Part shown: positions 30,041 through 40,117 of the stretch, piece after piece
Layout: each line of letters starts with the position of its first letter
How positions within the stretch are numbered: position 1 is the stretch's first letter
Assembly: GCA_965198235.1 (NCBI GenBank)
Contig: OZ240248.1
Coordinates: 2,944,001 to 3,008,000, forward strand
Length of the DNA stretch: 64,000 nucleotides
Origin: Candidatus Poribacteria bacterium
GTDB lineage: Bacteria > Poribacteria > WGA-4E > WGA-3G
Reading direction: 5' to 3'
Program-made: the position numbers and the translations under genes
The notes under the pieces: generated by a model
The model's database searches: none
Seen by the model: only the letters and a program-made list of their open reading frames with translations
Told to the model about the DNA's origin: nothing

Positions 30041-31672
30041 ATGAAAATTAAACCTATTTACATCATCTCTATACTCGGTTTACTGCTATCAGTACTCCTA
30101 TGCAGTATCTACTTCCAGTTCTCCTACTTTGAACCCGATACTGTTTCATATCTATTCCAAGCAAAACTGTTCGCGGAAGGTAAACTCTCGGTGCCCGCAC
30201 CCTCAGAACACGGGTTCTCTTCTTCTCCGCATATCAACGTTCTCAACGGTAAATGGTATTCAAAATATCCGTTCGGAAATGCCTTGATGCTGATGTTCGG
30301 CGTATTTATCAACGCACCATGGCTGATTCCCGCACTTGCAACGGGGGGTGCGCTACTACTTCTCTACCTTTTTGTGAAAGAGATATATGGGAACATCCAT
30401 CCCGGAATTGCACTTATTGCTGCGGTGCTCGCGCTCATTTCGCCAGCAACACTTGGAATGGGTTCGACGTGGTTCAGCGAACCGGTGAGTCGTTTCTACC
30501 TTTCACTCTATCTCCTTACACTCTTCAGGACTCTGAATTGCAAAGACGATGCTTCTCTCCTCGCGCGAATTGGCTACCCGCTTCTCTCAGGGTTTGCGTT
30601 GGGATACGCGTTCAATACGCGACCACTCTCGGCAGTAGTCTTTGGCGTTGTCGGCGCGGGATTAACAGTTTATCACCTGTTTGCCCAATGGCAACATCGA
30701 CACGAAGCGGTGCAAGCATTGCCCTCCACAATGAAACGATTAGGGTTCTTCTTTATCCCGTTTATTGTGATGCTTGGCGTATGTATGACGTGGAACGCAC
30801 ATTTCACGGAAAGTCCGTTCATGTTCACGCATACCGTCGCGCAGCCCTACGACAAAATCGGTTTTGGTGTTCGCACAGAAGGCTACGAACCCGATCTTGA
30901 ACGGGCGTTTATTTTTACACCGGCATGGGCGATCGAAAGGACCTGGCGACATATACTTCCATGCATCAGTTTCAACGCACTCGGTTGGGGAAGTTATCAC
31001 CACAATTTACTGAAGGACATAGAATTATCAGTGACGTGGCTCATCGCCTTTGTGCCGTTAATTCTGCCGTGGTGTCTGGTATTTATACCCTTCTTCCATC
31101 GATCGCGCAACAGATACGATGTGTTCTGCCTCGCCCTACTCGTGGGCAGCTTGCTGCTTTACGCCTTCTTCTACTTTGAGGGTTCGACGTGGGGGTTCAC
31201 CCCTGTAAATGCTCGCTATTACACCGAGTCGACATTTCTTGGGTTCATCCCGTTGGCAGCGCGCGGAATATTTATCCTCTATGAACGGTTCAAACCGTTC
31301 CAAAGACGCGGACTTACGTTTGTGATTGGGATATGTTTTCTGTTGCTCAGCGTCAATATCGTGTGGAGTTATGTCCGCATTGGGAGGGTGTACCAGAATT
31401 GGAGTCCTGTCTATCAGAAACTGCCGCCGATGATAGCGGAGCGCGGTATCCACAACGCCGTTATTTTCGTGTCCCGACACCGAGGCGCGCCGATTGGGGA
31501 TTATCCGTTTAAGAGTCTCCAAGAAGCGGACATTATCTATTTTAAACTGGGTCCCACACCACGGTGGAAACTAACAAACAGTGATTGGCAGAATGTCTAC
31601 GCCCAATACTTCACTGGTAGAAATGCGTATCTGTATGTACCGGGTGAGAACAGTCTTACACAGCTAAAATAG
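30041..31672 (+). CDS. Polytopic membrane glycosyltransferase (GT-C, ArnT/PMT-like)
   Basis: Many TM helices; first-loop PD..SYLFQA..FA.G; SKYP.G; RP; ARYY motifs. Confidence 0.7.
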   Translation: MKIKPIYIISILGLLLSVLLCSIYFQFSYFEPDTVSYLFQAKLFAEGKLSVPAPSEHGFSSSPHINVLNGKWYSKYPFGNALMLMFGVFINAPWLIPALATGGALLLLYLFVKEIYGNIHPGIALIAAVLALISPATLGMGSTWFSEPVSRFYLSLYLLTLFRTLNCKDDASLLARIGYPLLSGFALGYAFNTRPLSAVVFGVVGAGLTVYHLFAQWQHRHEAVQALPSTMKRLGFFFIPFIVMLGVCMTWNAHFTESPFMFTHTVAQPYDKIGFGVRTEGYEPDLERAFIFTPAWAIERTWRHILPCISFNALGWGSYHHNLLKDIELSVTWLIAFVPLILPWCLVFIPFFHRSRNRYDVFCLALLVGSLLLYAFFYFEGSTWGFTPVNARYYTESTFLGFIPLAARGIFILYERFKPFQRRGLTFVIGICFLLLSVNIVWSYVRIGRVYQNWSPVYQKLPPMIAERGIHNAVIFVSRHRGAPIGDYPFKSLQEADIIYFKLGPTPRWKLTNSDWQNVYAQYFTGRNAYLYVPGENSLTQLK

Positions 31673-31708
31673 GAATAATACCTTCACCTACTCCTACAGC
31701 CTGAGAAC

Positions 31709-32818
31709 CTACATCACCTGTTCCAAAATCACGATGTCCCCAGGGTTCCACGATTGCGCGATGATGTAAAGTTTGCCATCAATCTTACGGATCACTGCAC
31801 CGTGCAGATGCTGGAAGGTTTCCACACCCAACTCCTCTTTTAACATAACGGTTGAAACGAGGTTATTTCCTTCCAATATGTAAAGCGGCGCGCCTTTCTC
31901 TCTATTGGGTCCGAAGAGACTGGCAACGACAGCGTATCCCGCCTCGTAATCAATACTGCACGGAAATGAGCCTTTGATAAGCGAAAGTGTTTCTAAATAG
32001 GTGCCATCTGGTGAATAGCGTTCGATTTCCGCATTTGCCCGATCGGAAGCATCCAATCGATTTGTGCCGTAAGGCACTGTAATGTGATGTCCTGTACCGA
32101 ATTGTCCCGGTTCATCGCCTTTGCCGCCGAATGCCAACGGATACCAACTCGCCTCAAGCGGATCAAGACTCGTGAGTTTCGCCCCCAAAATGTAATCTAA
32201 ATCAGAGTAACCCGTCGTAACGTAAAGCATTCCATCAATATGCGTTATGCCGGTGGGAACAAACTTTCCACCTTCACTGAAATAGGTGTTAACTGCCTGA
32301 TGCTCGAAATCGGTCATCGCGCCTGGGGATTCCAGCGTATGAACGAGTTTCCCGTCCATCGTCGTCGTGAAAATCTTGCCGACATCGTTCGCAGGGAAAG
32401 AGAGGTAAGGTGTCCCAGCAGATGTCGCCCAGGCGGTTGTGTAGTGTGCATTGGCTTTTTTCAGTGCAGGAGGAGTCTCAATGAGTCGCGTGGTTTTCAA
32501 ATCTGCACTGATTTGAATGATACCGACTCCGGGTAGTGCGAAATAGGTTTCTCCTTTCCCTTCCCGTCGGTCTACGTCAAACCCACCGTGCGCCTTGTCA
32601 ATTGCGGAAACGACTTCTGGCGGAAAATGATCGCGCATATAGAGGACCTTGAACTTAAGCGCGCCCTGCCCGCTGGTAAGTTTCATGTCAGATACTTCAT
32701 GGTGTGCTACAAACTGGAAATTTCCTATTTCTGTTGGAGGGTGTTCTGTCACATGCGCATAAATGGGTCCAACTACTATAAAGGTAACGGCAAAAATTAA
32801 AAAGACAATCCGTCTCAT
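31709..32818 (-). CDS. Secreted NHL-like beta-propeller (peptidylglycine-monooxygenase-lyase-like)
   Basis: Signal peptide; HGG, PT.I, TTGY..DYI, FGG.G..PGQF.T.H, SDR.N, H.H, WNPG motifs. Confidence 0.7.
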   Translation of the reverse strand: MRRIVFLIFAVTFIVVGPIYAHVTEHPPTEIGNFQFVAHHEVSDMKLTSGQGALKFKVLYMRDHFPPEVVSAIDKAHGGFDVDRREGKGETYFALPGVGIIQISADLKTTRLIETPPALKKANAHYTTAWATSAGTPYLSFPANDVGKIFTTTMDGKLVHTLESPGAMTDFEHQAVNTYFSEGGKFVPTGITHIDGMLYVTTGYSDLDYILGAKLTSLDPLEASWYPLAFGGKGDEPGQFGTGHHITVPYGTNRLDASDRANAEIERYSPDGTYLETLSLIKGSFPCSIDYEAGYAVVASLFGPNREKGAPLYILEGNNLVSTVMLKEELGVETFQHLHGAVIRKIDGKLYIIAQSWNPGDIVILEQVM

Positions 32819-32832
32819 CTGAAATCTCCTCT

Positions 32833-33606
32833 CTATCCTTGTATCATTGATCGAAACTTTTTGGTAAACTCGCAACTACGCGCGATACTCGCTACATCTT
32901 CCATCTTGTATTGGACAACGAGCGGACCTGAAAAACCGATCTCCTTCAAGCCTTGCGCAAACGTCTCAAAATCGAAAACGCCACCACCCGGTTCACCGCG
33001 GTTACTCCCCGATACATGTACATCACCGAGGCATGCCTTCATCGCGTGCGCCGCCGTGTGCGGTTCAGCCCCATCGTTAAAAAGATGGTACGTGTCACAC
33101 GTCAGATAGACCTGCAGACCCGTCCCCTCAATGAATGCCACACCTTCGCGATAGTTATCAAGCGGACACCCTTTCTCAAACTCAAGCGCGATCTTCATTC
33201 CATTCTCATTGCAAGCGGGTATCATTTGAGACAGACTATCGGCAAGTGCATCCAGAGACTCCTCTCGCGACACACCTTCGGACGGGTTCACCCACACCCC
33301 GATAACTTCGGCGTCGAATCGACGTGCGACTTCGAGTACGATCTCAAAGTGCTGCAATGCTTCAGTTTTTCGGGCGGGAGTTGTCAAGATATGGTTGCCG
33401 AAGCCAATCGTTGGGGCAACGAGATTATGTTTCTCAGCGAGACTCACAGCGTCATCTATCTCTGCAGTCGAGAGTTCACCGAGAAAACCGGAATTTACGG
33501 GGATGTTGATGCCTTCGTAGCCTGCATCGGCGACGAGGTCAAAAATCTCGGCACGCGTAAATCTACCTAATGTGCCAGAATACGGGTCGTAACAGATAGT
33601 TAACAT
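32833..33606 (-). CDS. Sugar phosphate isomerase/epimerase (AP endonuclease 2 TIM barrel)
   Basis: ALEF, DTYH, VHVSGSNRGEPG.G; final metal Glu appears replaced by Gln (LVVQY). Confidence 0.85.
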   Translation of the reverse strand: MLTICYDPYSGTLGRFTRAEIFDLVADAGYEGINIPVNSGFLGELSTAEIDDAVSLAEKHNLVAPTIGFGNHILTTPARKTEALQHFEIVLEVARRFDAEVIGVWVNPSEGVSREESLDALADSLSQMIPACNENGMKIALEFEKGCPLDNYREGVAFIEGTGLQVYLTCDTYHLFNDGAEPHTAAHAMKACLGDVHVSGSNRGEPGGGVFDFETFAQGLKEIGFSGPLVVQYKMEDVASIARSCEFTKKFRSMIQG

Positions 33607-33830
33607 TTTTCCTCGCTTGAATCCGTTTCTTTCAGTAAGGGATACGGATCTTCCTTCGTCAGTTCGCCATTCGGGAGTTCATAGTAGAGATGCCCATTGA
33701 AATCATACACGTTCGGGATCCCTTTCTTACGGTTCTCTTCCTGTGCCCTTTTGACGGCGCGATTGCCGATCCGCAAGAACTCAAGCGTCTTTTTATAAAT
33801 ATCCGGGGAATCTAATTTGTCTTGATGCAT
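33600..33830 (-). CDS. Small hypothetical protein
   Basis: 76 aa; GNRAV..AQEENR..GIPNVY..NG..YYELP.GE; GGAGG SD; overlaps the downstream start. Confidence 0.75.
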   Translation of the reverse strand: MHQDKLDSPDIYKKTLEFLRIGNRAVKRAQEENRKKGIPNVYDFNGHLYYELPNGELTKEDPYPLLKETDSSEEKC

Positions 33831-33885
33831 TATGCACCTCCATTGCGAATGTCTCGCATAAACAGTTCAAAGAACGGAGCCCGGC

Positions 33886-35175
33886 TCACTTCTTGTTCAA
33901 ACAACACTGCTTATACTTTCGACCGCTACCACACGGACACGGCGAGTTTCGTCCGACTTTCTGTGAGCCTATTGAGGTGCTGACGCGTGTTTGTTCCTGC
34001 TGACGTTGGCGTAAGATAGACATGATACTATTTGCAGGCCGTCCCGCTTGCAGGGCGGCAGCCATCATCTTCATCGGTTCGTCAATATGATTGAAAAACT
34101 GCTTATAGCCTGCACAGAGGTAGTTCAAGCCATCTTCACCCGTAGGCGTTTTGATAAATCGGTTCTTTGGACAGCCGCCATTGCAGACGAACTTCACTTC
34201 GCAGCTTCGGCAGTATTCGGGCAGCGTATCCCGTTTATCGGTTCCGAATTTGCGCTGGAACGTTGAATCCACCATCTCAGCAATGGTGTTGTCCTCAATA
34301 TTTCCGACGTGATAGTCAGGCGTAACGAAATGGTCGCAAGAGTAGAGATCACCATTATGCTCAATTGCGAGCGCATCACCGCAGGTTTCATTGAAAATGC
34401 AGAGGCTTGGATTATAGCCCAACCACGCCTCTAATGCTACATCGAAAATCTGGACGAAAATCTTTCCGATGTCGTTCACGACCCATTCATCAAAAATAGT
34501 GCAGAGGAATTTGCCGTACTGCCGCGCTGTAACGGAACGCGGGGACACATTCTTTCCACCGAAATGCTCAACCGCTGGAATAAACTGCATAAACTCTGCG
34601 CCAAGTTCTTTGAAATAGTTGTAGACCTCCATCGGGTACTCAGCATTGTGTTTATTGACGACACAAAGTATATTGTAATCGACCTTGTGTTTCTGCAAAA
34701 CACGCAACCCGCGAATTACCTGTTCCGATGATGACCTACCGCGTTTGTCGTAGCGGTATTTATCGTGAGTTTCCGGCGGTCCATCGATACTCACCCCGAT
34801 TAAGAATTTGTTCCGCTTGAAAAACTCCGCCCATTCATCGTCAAGGAGAGTGGCATTCGTCTGAAACGAATTCTGAATCTGCATACCGGGACGTTTATGT
34901 TTCTGCTGGTATCTGACTGCCTGTCGGAAGAAGTCTACACCCATCAATGTAGGTTCGCCACCTTGCCATGCGAACGTAACTTCGTTGACATCCTGTGCGT
35001 CAATGTATTGCTTGACGTAGTTCTCCAAAATTTCGTCAGTCATACGGAAGGACCGCGTTTCGGGATAGAGTTTCTCTTTATCGAGATAGAAGCAGTACTC
35101 GCAATCCAAATTGCATATCGGCCCGATCGGCTTTGTCATCACATGAAATGCGCGCGGTACGTTATATTCAACCAT
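33886..35175 (-). CDS. Anaerobic sulfatase maturase (radical SAM/SPASM) with C-terminal SEC-C motif
   Basis: CNLDCEYC, WQGGEP, SPASM cysteines (C..C, YSCDH, CRSC..C.GGCPK.R), GRNSPCPCGSGRKYKQCC. Confidence 0.93.
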   Translation of the reverse strand: MVEYNVPRAFHVMTKPIGPICNLDCEYCFYLDKEKLYPETRSFRMTDEILENYVKQYIDAQDVNEVTFAWQGGEPTLMGVDFFRQAVRYQQKHKRPGMQIQNSFQTNATLLDDEWAEFFKRNKFLIGVSIDGPPETHDKYRYDKRGRSSSEQVIRGLRVLQKHKVDYNILCVVNKHNAEYPMEVYNYFKELGAEFMQFIPAVEHFGGKNVSPRSVTARQYGKFLCTIFDEWVVNDIGKIFVQIFDVALEAWLGYNPSLCIFNETCGDALAIEHNGDLYSCDHFVTPDYHVGNIEDNTIAEMVDSTFQRKFGTDKRDTLPEYCRSCEVKFVCNGGCPKNRFIKTPTGEDGLNYLCAGYKQFFNHIDEPMKMMAAALQAGRPANSIMSILRQRQQEQTRVSTSIGSQKVGRNSPCPCGSGRKYKQCCLNKK

Positions 35176-35260
35176 CTGATTTCCCTCTTTTTGCCTTAAC
35201 CTTGTAGCATAGCCTCCAAAGATGTCTTAAAGTTTAGCACATTTCACGTGAATCTACAAG

Positions 35261-35393
35261 TTTTTAATTTTACCTTGCGGTTCGGTCAGGTGAATTGATG
35301 AGAGACCGCCATTCGCCGTATATCTGAAGAAATACCCAAGCAATACGCAGAAATACCCTATCAAAAACACCCCTCCATTACATTACGGGCTAC
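35261..35393 (+). repeat. Copy of ~130 bp interspersed element
   Basis: TTTTTAATTTTACCTTGCGGTTCGGTCAGG...CCGTATATCTGAAGAAATACCCAAGCA...GGGCTAC; aligns to 719-845 (reverse). Confidence 0.75.
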
Positions 35394-35646
35394 GGTTTTG
35401 ATGTTATCTTAATTCGGAAACCTTCAGTTTCCGTCAATCCCAAGAGGAAGGCTCTGCGTTTTTTCGGGCATCTCCATCTAAAAGAACGTGCTACGGCCAA
35501 AATTGCACAAATTCTGGTTTAGAAAAAAGAGAGATGTGATATAATATTTTATGTGAAAGACATATAGAATAATTCGTTCACTTAACGTTTTAAGACTTCG
35601 TGTCGAATAAAAATTTGGGCATTTCGTATTTCATGGAGGCGTTCAA

Positions 35647-36417
35647 ATGAAACTGTTATATATAGGTGTTGCCTTGCTCTTATGTCTTAGCACCCTTTCA
35701 TGGGCATTAGAAGAGGATGATCCAGCAATCGTTGGGGTCTGGCTTTTTGAAGGCGATGTTAAAGATACAACAGCTAACGGCAATGATGGAAAGATTGTCG
35801 GAAATTTTAAGTTTGAAGACGGTAAATTCGGTAAAGCAGTCGTTGCGGGTGGAGGTGGTAGCATCGATGTGGCAGATTCAAAAAGCCTCCAGAGTGTCAG
35901 CGAAGAATTGACTGTAGCTGCCTGGTTCCGCGTAGATGCCGATTCAGATACCGGTGTCAGGAAAAACGGTGCCTATTTGTTAGAAGACCAGTCTGGCGGT
36001 GAACCGATACCTGACGGTTTCTCATTCAGAGTCTGGACAGCCAACGGTATTACACCCGGATTTTACGGCAAAACAGAATTAGAACAAGGAAAATGGCACC
36101 ATGTCGCCGGAACATACGATGGAAAAAATGTTGAGATGTACGTTGACGGTGAACCTGAGAGTAAAAAAGGGGCGTTGGCATCCAACAAGGCAGATTGGAA
36201 ACCAGAATGGGGGGGCAAGGTCGCCGCGGGTCAGGTATTGCAACTCAAATTCGGTCCAGAATCGTTCACCGGTGGTATTGACGAGATTGTTCTTGTCAAC
36301 CGTGCGCTTGAGGCGGATGAGATCCAGCAGTTGCTGAATGGGTGGGATGAAGCTTTTGCCGTTGAACCGGAAGGAAAACTGGCAACGACATGGGCGAGAG
36401 TAAAGGCAACTCGGTAA
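35647..36417 (+). CDS. Secreted LamG-like jellyroll protein with TW-tail
   Basis: Signal peptide; GKFGKA, LTVAAW, WHHVAGTYDG, GIDEI; C-terminal AVEPEGKLATTWARVK. Confidence 0.9.
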   Translation: MKLLYIGVALLLCLSTLSWALEEDDPAIVGVWLFEGDVKDTTANGNDGKIVGNFKFEDGKFGKAVVAGGGGSIDVADSKSLQSVSEELTVAAWFRVDADSDTGVRKNGAYLLEDQSGGEPIPDGFSFRVWTANGITPGFYGKTELEQGKWHHVAGTYDGKNVEMYVDGEPESKKGALASNKADWKPEWGGKVAAGQVLQLKFGPESFTGGIDEIVLVNRALEADEIQQLLNGWDEAFAVEPEGKLATTWARVKATR

Positions 36418-36446
36418 GTTGATGAAAAAGTGAGTTAGGCGGAAGG

Positions 36447-36503
36447 TCGCGATTCGGAAACTGTTTCTACAACTAAGAATCGCGACCGGAAGGTCACTCC
36501 TAC
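36447..36503 (-). repeat. Two tandem GTAG-headed REP-like palindromes
   Basis: GTAGGAGTGACCTTCCGGTCGCGA and GTAGAAACAGTTTCCGAATCGCGA on the minus strand; relatives at 6116, 8715, 24555 and 62945. Confidence 0.65.
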
Positions 36504-36515
36504 AGTTTTGAATTT

Positions 36516-38018
36516 GTGATTATGTTGGATAAATCAACTGGAATTGGAGAGGTTTTTACCCCGCTGAAATGGGCAAAGTGGCTCATCGACAAGTGGGATA
36601 TCTTCGACGCATGGATTGATGGTGCGCACATCTGTGACCCCACAGCAGGGAAAGGGGCATTCGTCCTCGCACTTCTGGACATCGCACATCGTGAAGGTGT
36701 CCCTATCACCCCCGAACGCTTATCACGCCTAACGCTCATCGAGATGAACGCTTCACATCTGGCGTGGTTTAGAAAAAACGTCAAACAAGAATTCGGTGTT
36801 GATTTCCCAACATCCCAACTCTTTTGCCAAGATGTGATCATGGAGTCGCACGCCGGAAAGTATGATCTTCTTATCGGGAACCCACCGTGGATGAATTTCG
36901 GGGATCTGCCATCGGATTACAAAACGCGTATAAAGCCTTTTTTTCTCGCAGAAGGGCTGGTGTCAGACAGACAGCGGCTGCTCTTAGGTTCCTCTCGTAT
37001 CGACATCGCCGCACTTGTTTTGAAGACCGTTCTCGGAAGATTGCTGAAAAAGAATGGTGTTGGATATTTTTACCTCCCGCTTTCCCTCTTTTTCGGTGAT
37101 GGCGCGCATAGCGGTTTTAGAAATTATCGCGCAAATCAGCGCGATTTCGCCGTAGACACGGTCTATGAATTCACATCGACCCAAGTGTTTCAAGGCGTTA
37201 ATACGTCATACTGTTGTGCTAAATTTCGGTGCGATACGCGCCAGACTTTCCCTGTTCCGTATTTCAGAGAATTGGACGGAGAATGGACTGAGCATAAGGC
37301 AGTACCACTTAATGATTCTGCAGATCCGTGGCGGATCGTGCGGAACCTCAACGAACTGAATACAGGTGGAGCCCTTAACGTTAACTTGTCGTCGACACAA
37401 ACACCGCGACAGGGTGTGAATACATGCGGTGCCAACAGCGTTTTTATTTTTCAAGACAAGCCCTCACACCTCCCTGAAGCGTTCCTATATCCGCTCGCGA
37501 CAAAGGAAATTTGGCGACAAGACGCATCGTTCCCTCATAAATGGATACTTCTACCGTATCATCGGCAAACAGGGAAACCGCTCATGCAGCACCAGATTGA
37601 ACAGCATACCCTCTTAAAAGACTATCTCCACAGTGCTGAAGAAATGCTACGATCCCGCAAGGGAACGCTTCTCCGATCGGCTATTGATAGAGGATATTGG
37701 TGGGGACTGCTTGGTGTCGGCACCTATGCGTTTGCACCGTTCAAAGTGATGTGGGAGGCGTATGGGAAAAGTCGGTTTAACCCAGTTGTGTTGGGTTGTA
37801 TAGATGGGCAGGCTTGGCAGGGCAACCAGTCGATGCATGCGTTCATCCCGTGCTGGTCTGAAGGTGCCGCACACAGGATTAAGAAGGCACTTGAGAATCC
37901 CGAAATTTCGACGCTATTGCGGCAACTCAATGGTGCGGGCAAATGCAATTGGGCACAACCGGGCAAAATCAAAAAAATTCTTTCGTTTAGAGAATCGCAT
38001 GAAACTCAAAAGGATTAG
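36516..38018 (+). CDS. Orphan N6-adenine DNA methyltransferase (gamma class)
   Basis: GEVFTP, DPTAGKG (motif I), GNPPW (motif IV), VFQGV; C-terminal TRD-like region; no nuclease gene adjacent. Confidence 0.82.
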   Translation: MIMLDKSTGIGEVFTPLKWAKWLIDKWDIFDAWIDGAHICDPTAGKGAFVLALLDIAHREGVPITPERLSRLTLIEMNASHLAWFRKNVKQEFGVDFPTSQLFCQDVIMESHAGKYDLLIGNPPWMNFGDLPSDYKTRIKPFFLAEGLVSDRQRLLLGSSRIDIAALVLKTVLGRLLKKNGVGYFYLPLSLFFGDGAHSGFRNYRANQRDFAVDTVYEFTSTQVFQGVNTSYCCAKFRCDTRQTFPVPYFRELDGEWTEHKAVPLNDSADPWRIVRNLNELNTGGALNVNLSSTQTPRQGVNTCGANSVFIFQDKPSHLPEAFLYPLATKEIWRQDASFPHKWILLPYHRQTGKPLMQHQIEQHTLLKDYLHSAEEMLRSRKGTLLRSAIDRGYWWGLLGVGTYAFAPFKVMWEAYGKSRFNPVVLGCIDGQAWQGNQSMHAFIPCWSEGAAHRIKKALENPEISTLLRQLNGAGKCNWAQPGKIKKILSFRESHETQKD

Positions 38019-38026
38019 GCATATAC

Positions 38027-38968
38027 ATGACTCAACAAACAGGGTTCGCCTACCATCCAGACTATCTTAATCACGACACCGGTCCGAATCATCCGGAACG
38101 ACCAGACCGGCTACGCGCGAGTTTAGCAGCACTTCAAGAAAGTGATGTCTGGGAACAGTTACACCCCATCGAACCAACACCAGCAAGTGTCGCGCAACTC
38201 TGTTACGCACACGAACCAACCTATCCTGAACACATCCAACAATTTTCCGAACGAGAATTGCCCCTCACCTACGACACTCCCGTCGTGAAGGCTTCATTTG
38301 ATATAGCAAAACTTTCCGCGGGTGGGGTGCTGCGTATCGCGGATGCCGTCGTAACGGGAGCAGTGAAAAACGCCTTCGCTGTGGTACGTCCACCCGGACA
38401 TCACGCAACACAGAATCGGAGCATGGGGTTTTGCTTGTTCAATAATATCGCGATTGCGGCTCGTTATCTTCAGCGGGAACACGGCATTGGAAAGGTCGCG
38501 ATTGTAGACTGGGATGTTCATCACGGAAACGGCACACAAGACATTTTCTATGAAGATAGTTCTGTCTTCTTTTTCTCTATCCACCAGTCGCCCCTCTACC
38601 CCGGCACGGGTTCAAGCTATGAACGCGGGAGCGGAAAAGCACATGGCACAACGCTAAACATGCCAATGCCCGCGGGGAGCGGTGATAACGAATACATTGC
38701 AGTCTTTACGGATGTTCTCATTCCTACCTTAAAAGATTTCTCGCCTGAGGTCATATTAATTTCAGCAGGATTCGATGCGCACTACCTCGACCCGCTTGCC
38801 GGGACTGAACTCACAGCAGACGGATTTGCCACACTGACGGACCTAATTCTTGAATTTGCCGAGGAAACCGCATCGGGTCGTGTTGTCTCTGCGTTGGAAG
38901 GTGGTTATAGTTTAGAAGGGGTATCTGAATCCGTTGTAGCACATGTAGAACGTTTAGTTAAGGGATAG
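38027..38968 (+). CDS. Histone deacetylase family protein (class II-like amidohydrolase)
   Basis: HPERP.R, RPPGHHA, GFC.FNN, DWDVHHGNGTQ, SAGFDAH..DPL, LEGGY. Confidence 0.95.
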   Translation: MTQQTGFAYHPDYLNHDTGPNHPERPDRLRASLAALQESDVWEQLHPIEPTPASVAQLCYAHEPTYPEHIQQFSERELPLTYDTPVVKASFDIAKLSAGGVLRIADAVVTGAVKNAFAVVRPPGHHATQNRSMGFCLFNNIAIAARYLQREHGIGKVAIVDWDVHHGNGTQDIFYEDSSVFFFSIHQSPLYPGTGSSYERGSGKAHGTTLNMPMPAGSGDNEYIAVFTDVLIPTLKDFSPEVILISAGFDAHYLDPLAGTELTADGFATLTDLILEFAEETASGRVVSALEGGYSLEGVSESVVAHVERLVKG

Positions 38969-39236
38969 TGACTGCTTTCCGCTGCTGGCGAGGTTTGCAA
39001 CCTCGCCCACAATGTCCAAGTAATTATCTGAATCGCGGATTACACAGATTGCGCAGATTTTAGGCGTTCGCCTAAAGATAAGTTGGGATTTCGCCGAGAT
39101 GCCCTTAAGGAATGAGAGTGTTGGGTTTCGCGTTGAAGCACGTATGAGGAATTTGAGGGAAATGGAAGCCCAAAAGCAAGCATGGTTTTTGGGTGTTGTT
39201 TCTGTGCTCAACCCAACCTACATGCTGAACTGACAA

Positions 39237-39938
39237 TTATAGTTTCTTTCCAACGTGAATCGAAACGATACCGAATGTTTTTCGATAGAAATGTACATCT
39301 GTCAGTCCACACTGCTCCATAACCGCTTTCAGCGCATCACAATTCGGGAATTTCATGACGGAACGCGGAAGATACCCATAAGCGTCATCCTTGTTTCGGG
39401 AGATAAGGTTCCCGACAAAAGGCAGGATTTTGGTGAAATAGAAATAGTAGAGGCTCCGAAACAGTGGATTCACGGGCTGCGTAAACTCCAAAATAACGAC
39501 CCTACCTCCCGGTGCCACAACGCGTACCATCTCACGTATTCCTATCTCCAAATCTGAAACATTTCGGATACCGAAACCGACAGAGACAACGTCAAAAGTA
39601 TTGTCTAAAAAGGGAAGGATTAGGGTGTCCGCTGTCAGAAAGTTTGTGCCTGCCCCCCGCTCCCTCCGTTCCATCTTCTGATCGCCGATAACCAGCATCT
39701 CAAAGCAGAAGTCTGAAGCAATCACAAAACCTTCCGTCCCAATTTTATCAGCGTACGCAAGGGCGAGTTCCCCCGTACCGGTGCAGACATCCAGTACCTT
39801 ACTTCTTAAGTCCACACCGCTTGCCTTGACCGTTTCGCGTCGCCAAGCCCCGTCGCGTTTGAGACTTAAAAGGGCGTTGAGTAGGTCGTAGTGGCGCGCG
39901 ATGGCTGAAAACAGGTTCTTTATTCGATGGGCATGCAT
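39237..39938 (-). CDS. menG: Demethylmenaquinone/ubiquinone methyltransferase
   Basis: F..IA..YD..N..LS, LDVCTGTG, FGIRNV, ILEF, AY.YL..S. Confidence 0.92.
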   Translation of the reverse strand: MHAHRIKNLFSAIARHYDLLNALLSLKRDGAWRRETVKASGVDLRSKVLDVCTGTGELALAYADKIGTEGFVIASDFCFEMLVIGDQKMERRERGAGTNFLTADTLILPFLDNTFDVVSVGFGIRNVSDLEIGIREMVRVVAPGGRVVILEFTQPVNPLFRSLYYFYFTKILPFVGNLISRNKDDAYGYLPRSVMKFPNCDALKAVMEQCGLTDVHFYRKTFGIVSIHVGKKL

Positions 39939-40117
39939 AGTCCTGATCGTCCATTTTTTAAACTACTTTTATTTATTGGCACCTGGGTGTTGTTCCACTA
40001 CGTTCCACAGTAACGGGCAGGGACCCCGGTTTTTGGTTAATTCCAACGGAGATCTGAACATGAACAGTCATCAAGAATCCATGTAGTCAGTCCATACGTC
40101 ACATCCGCAGCAGCATT

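Noticed and set aside
30253-30900. Long alternative-frame ORFs (also 32953-33570, 49379-49957, 23038-23505)
   Set aside because: Fully overlap well-supported genes and show no motifs; shadow ORFs
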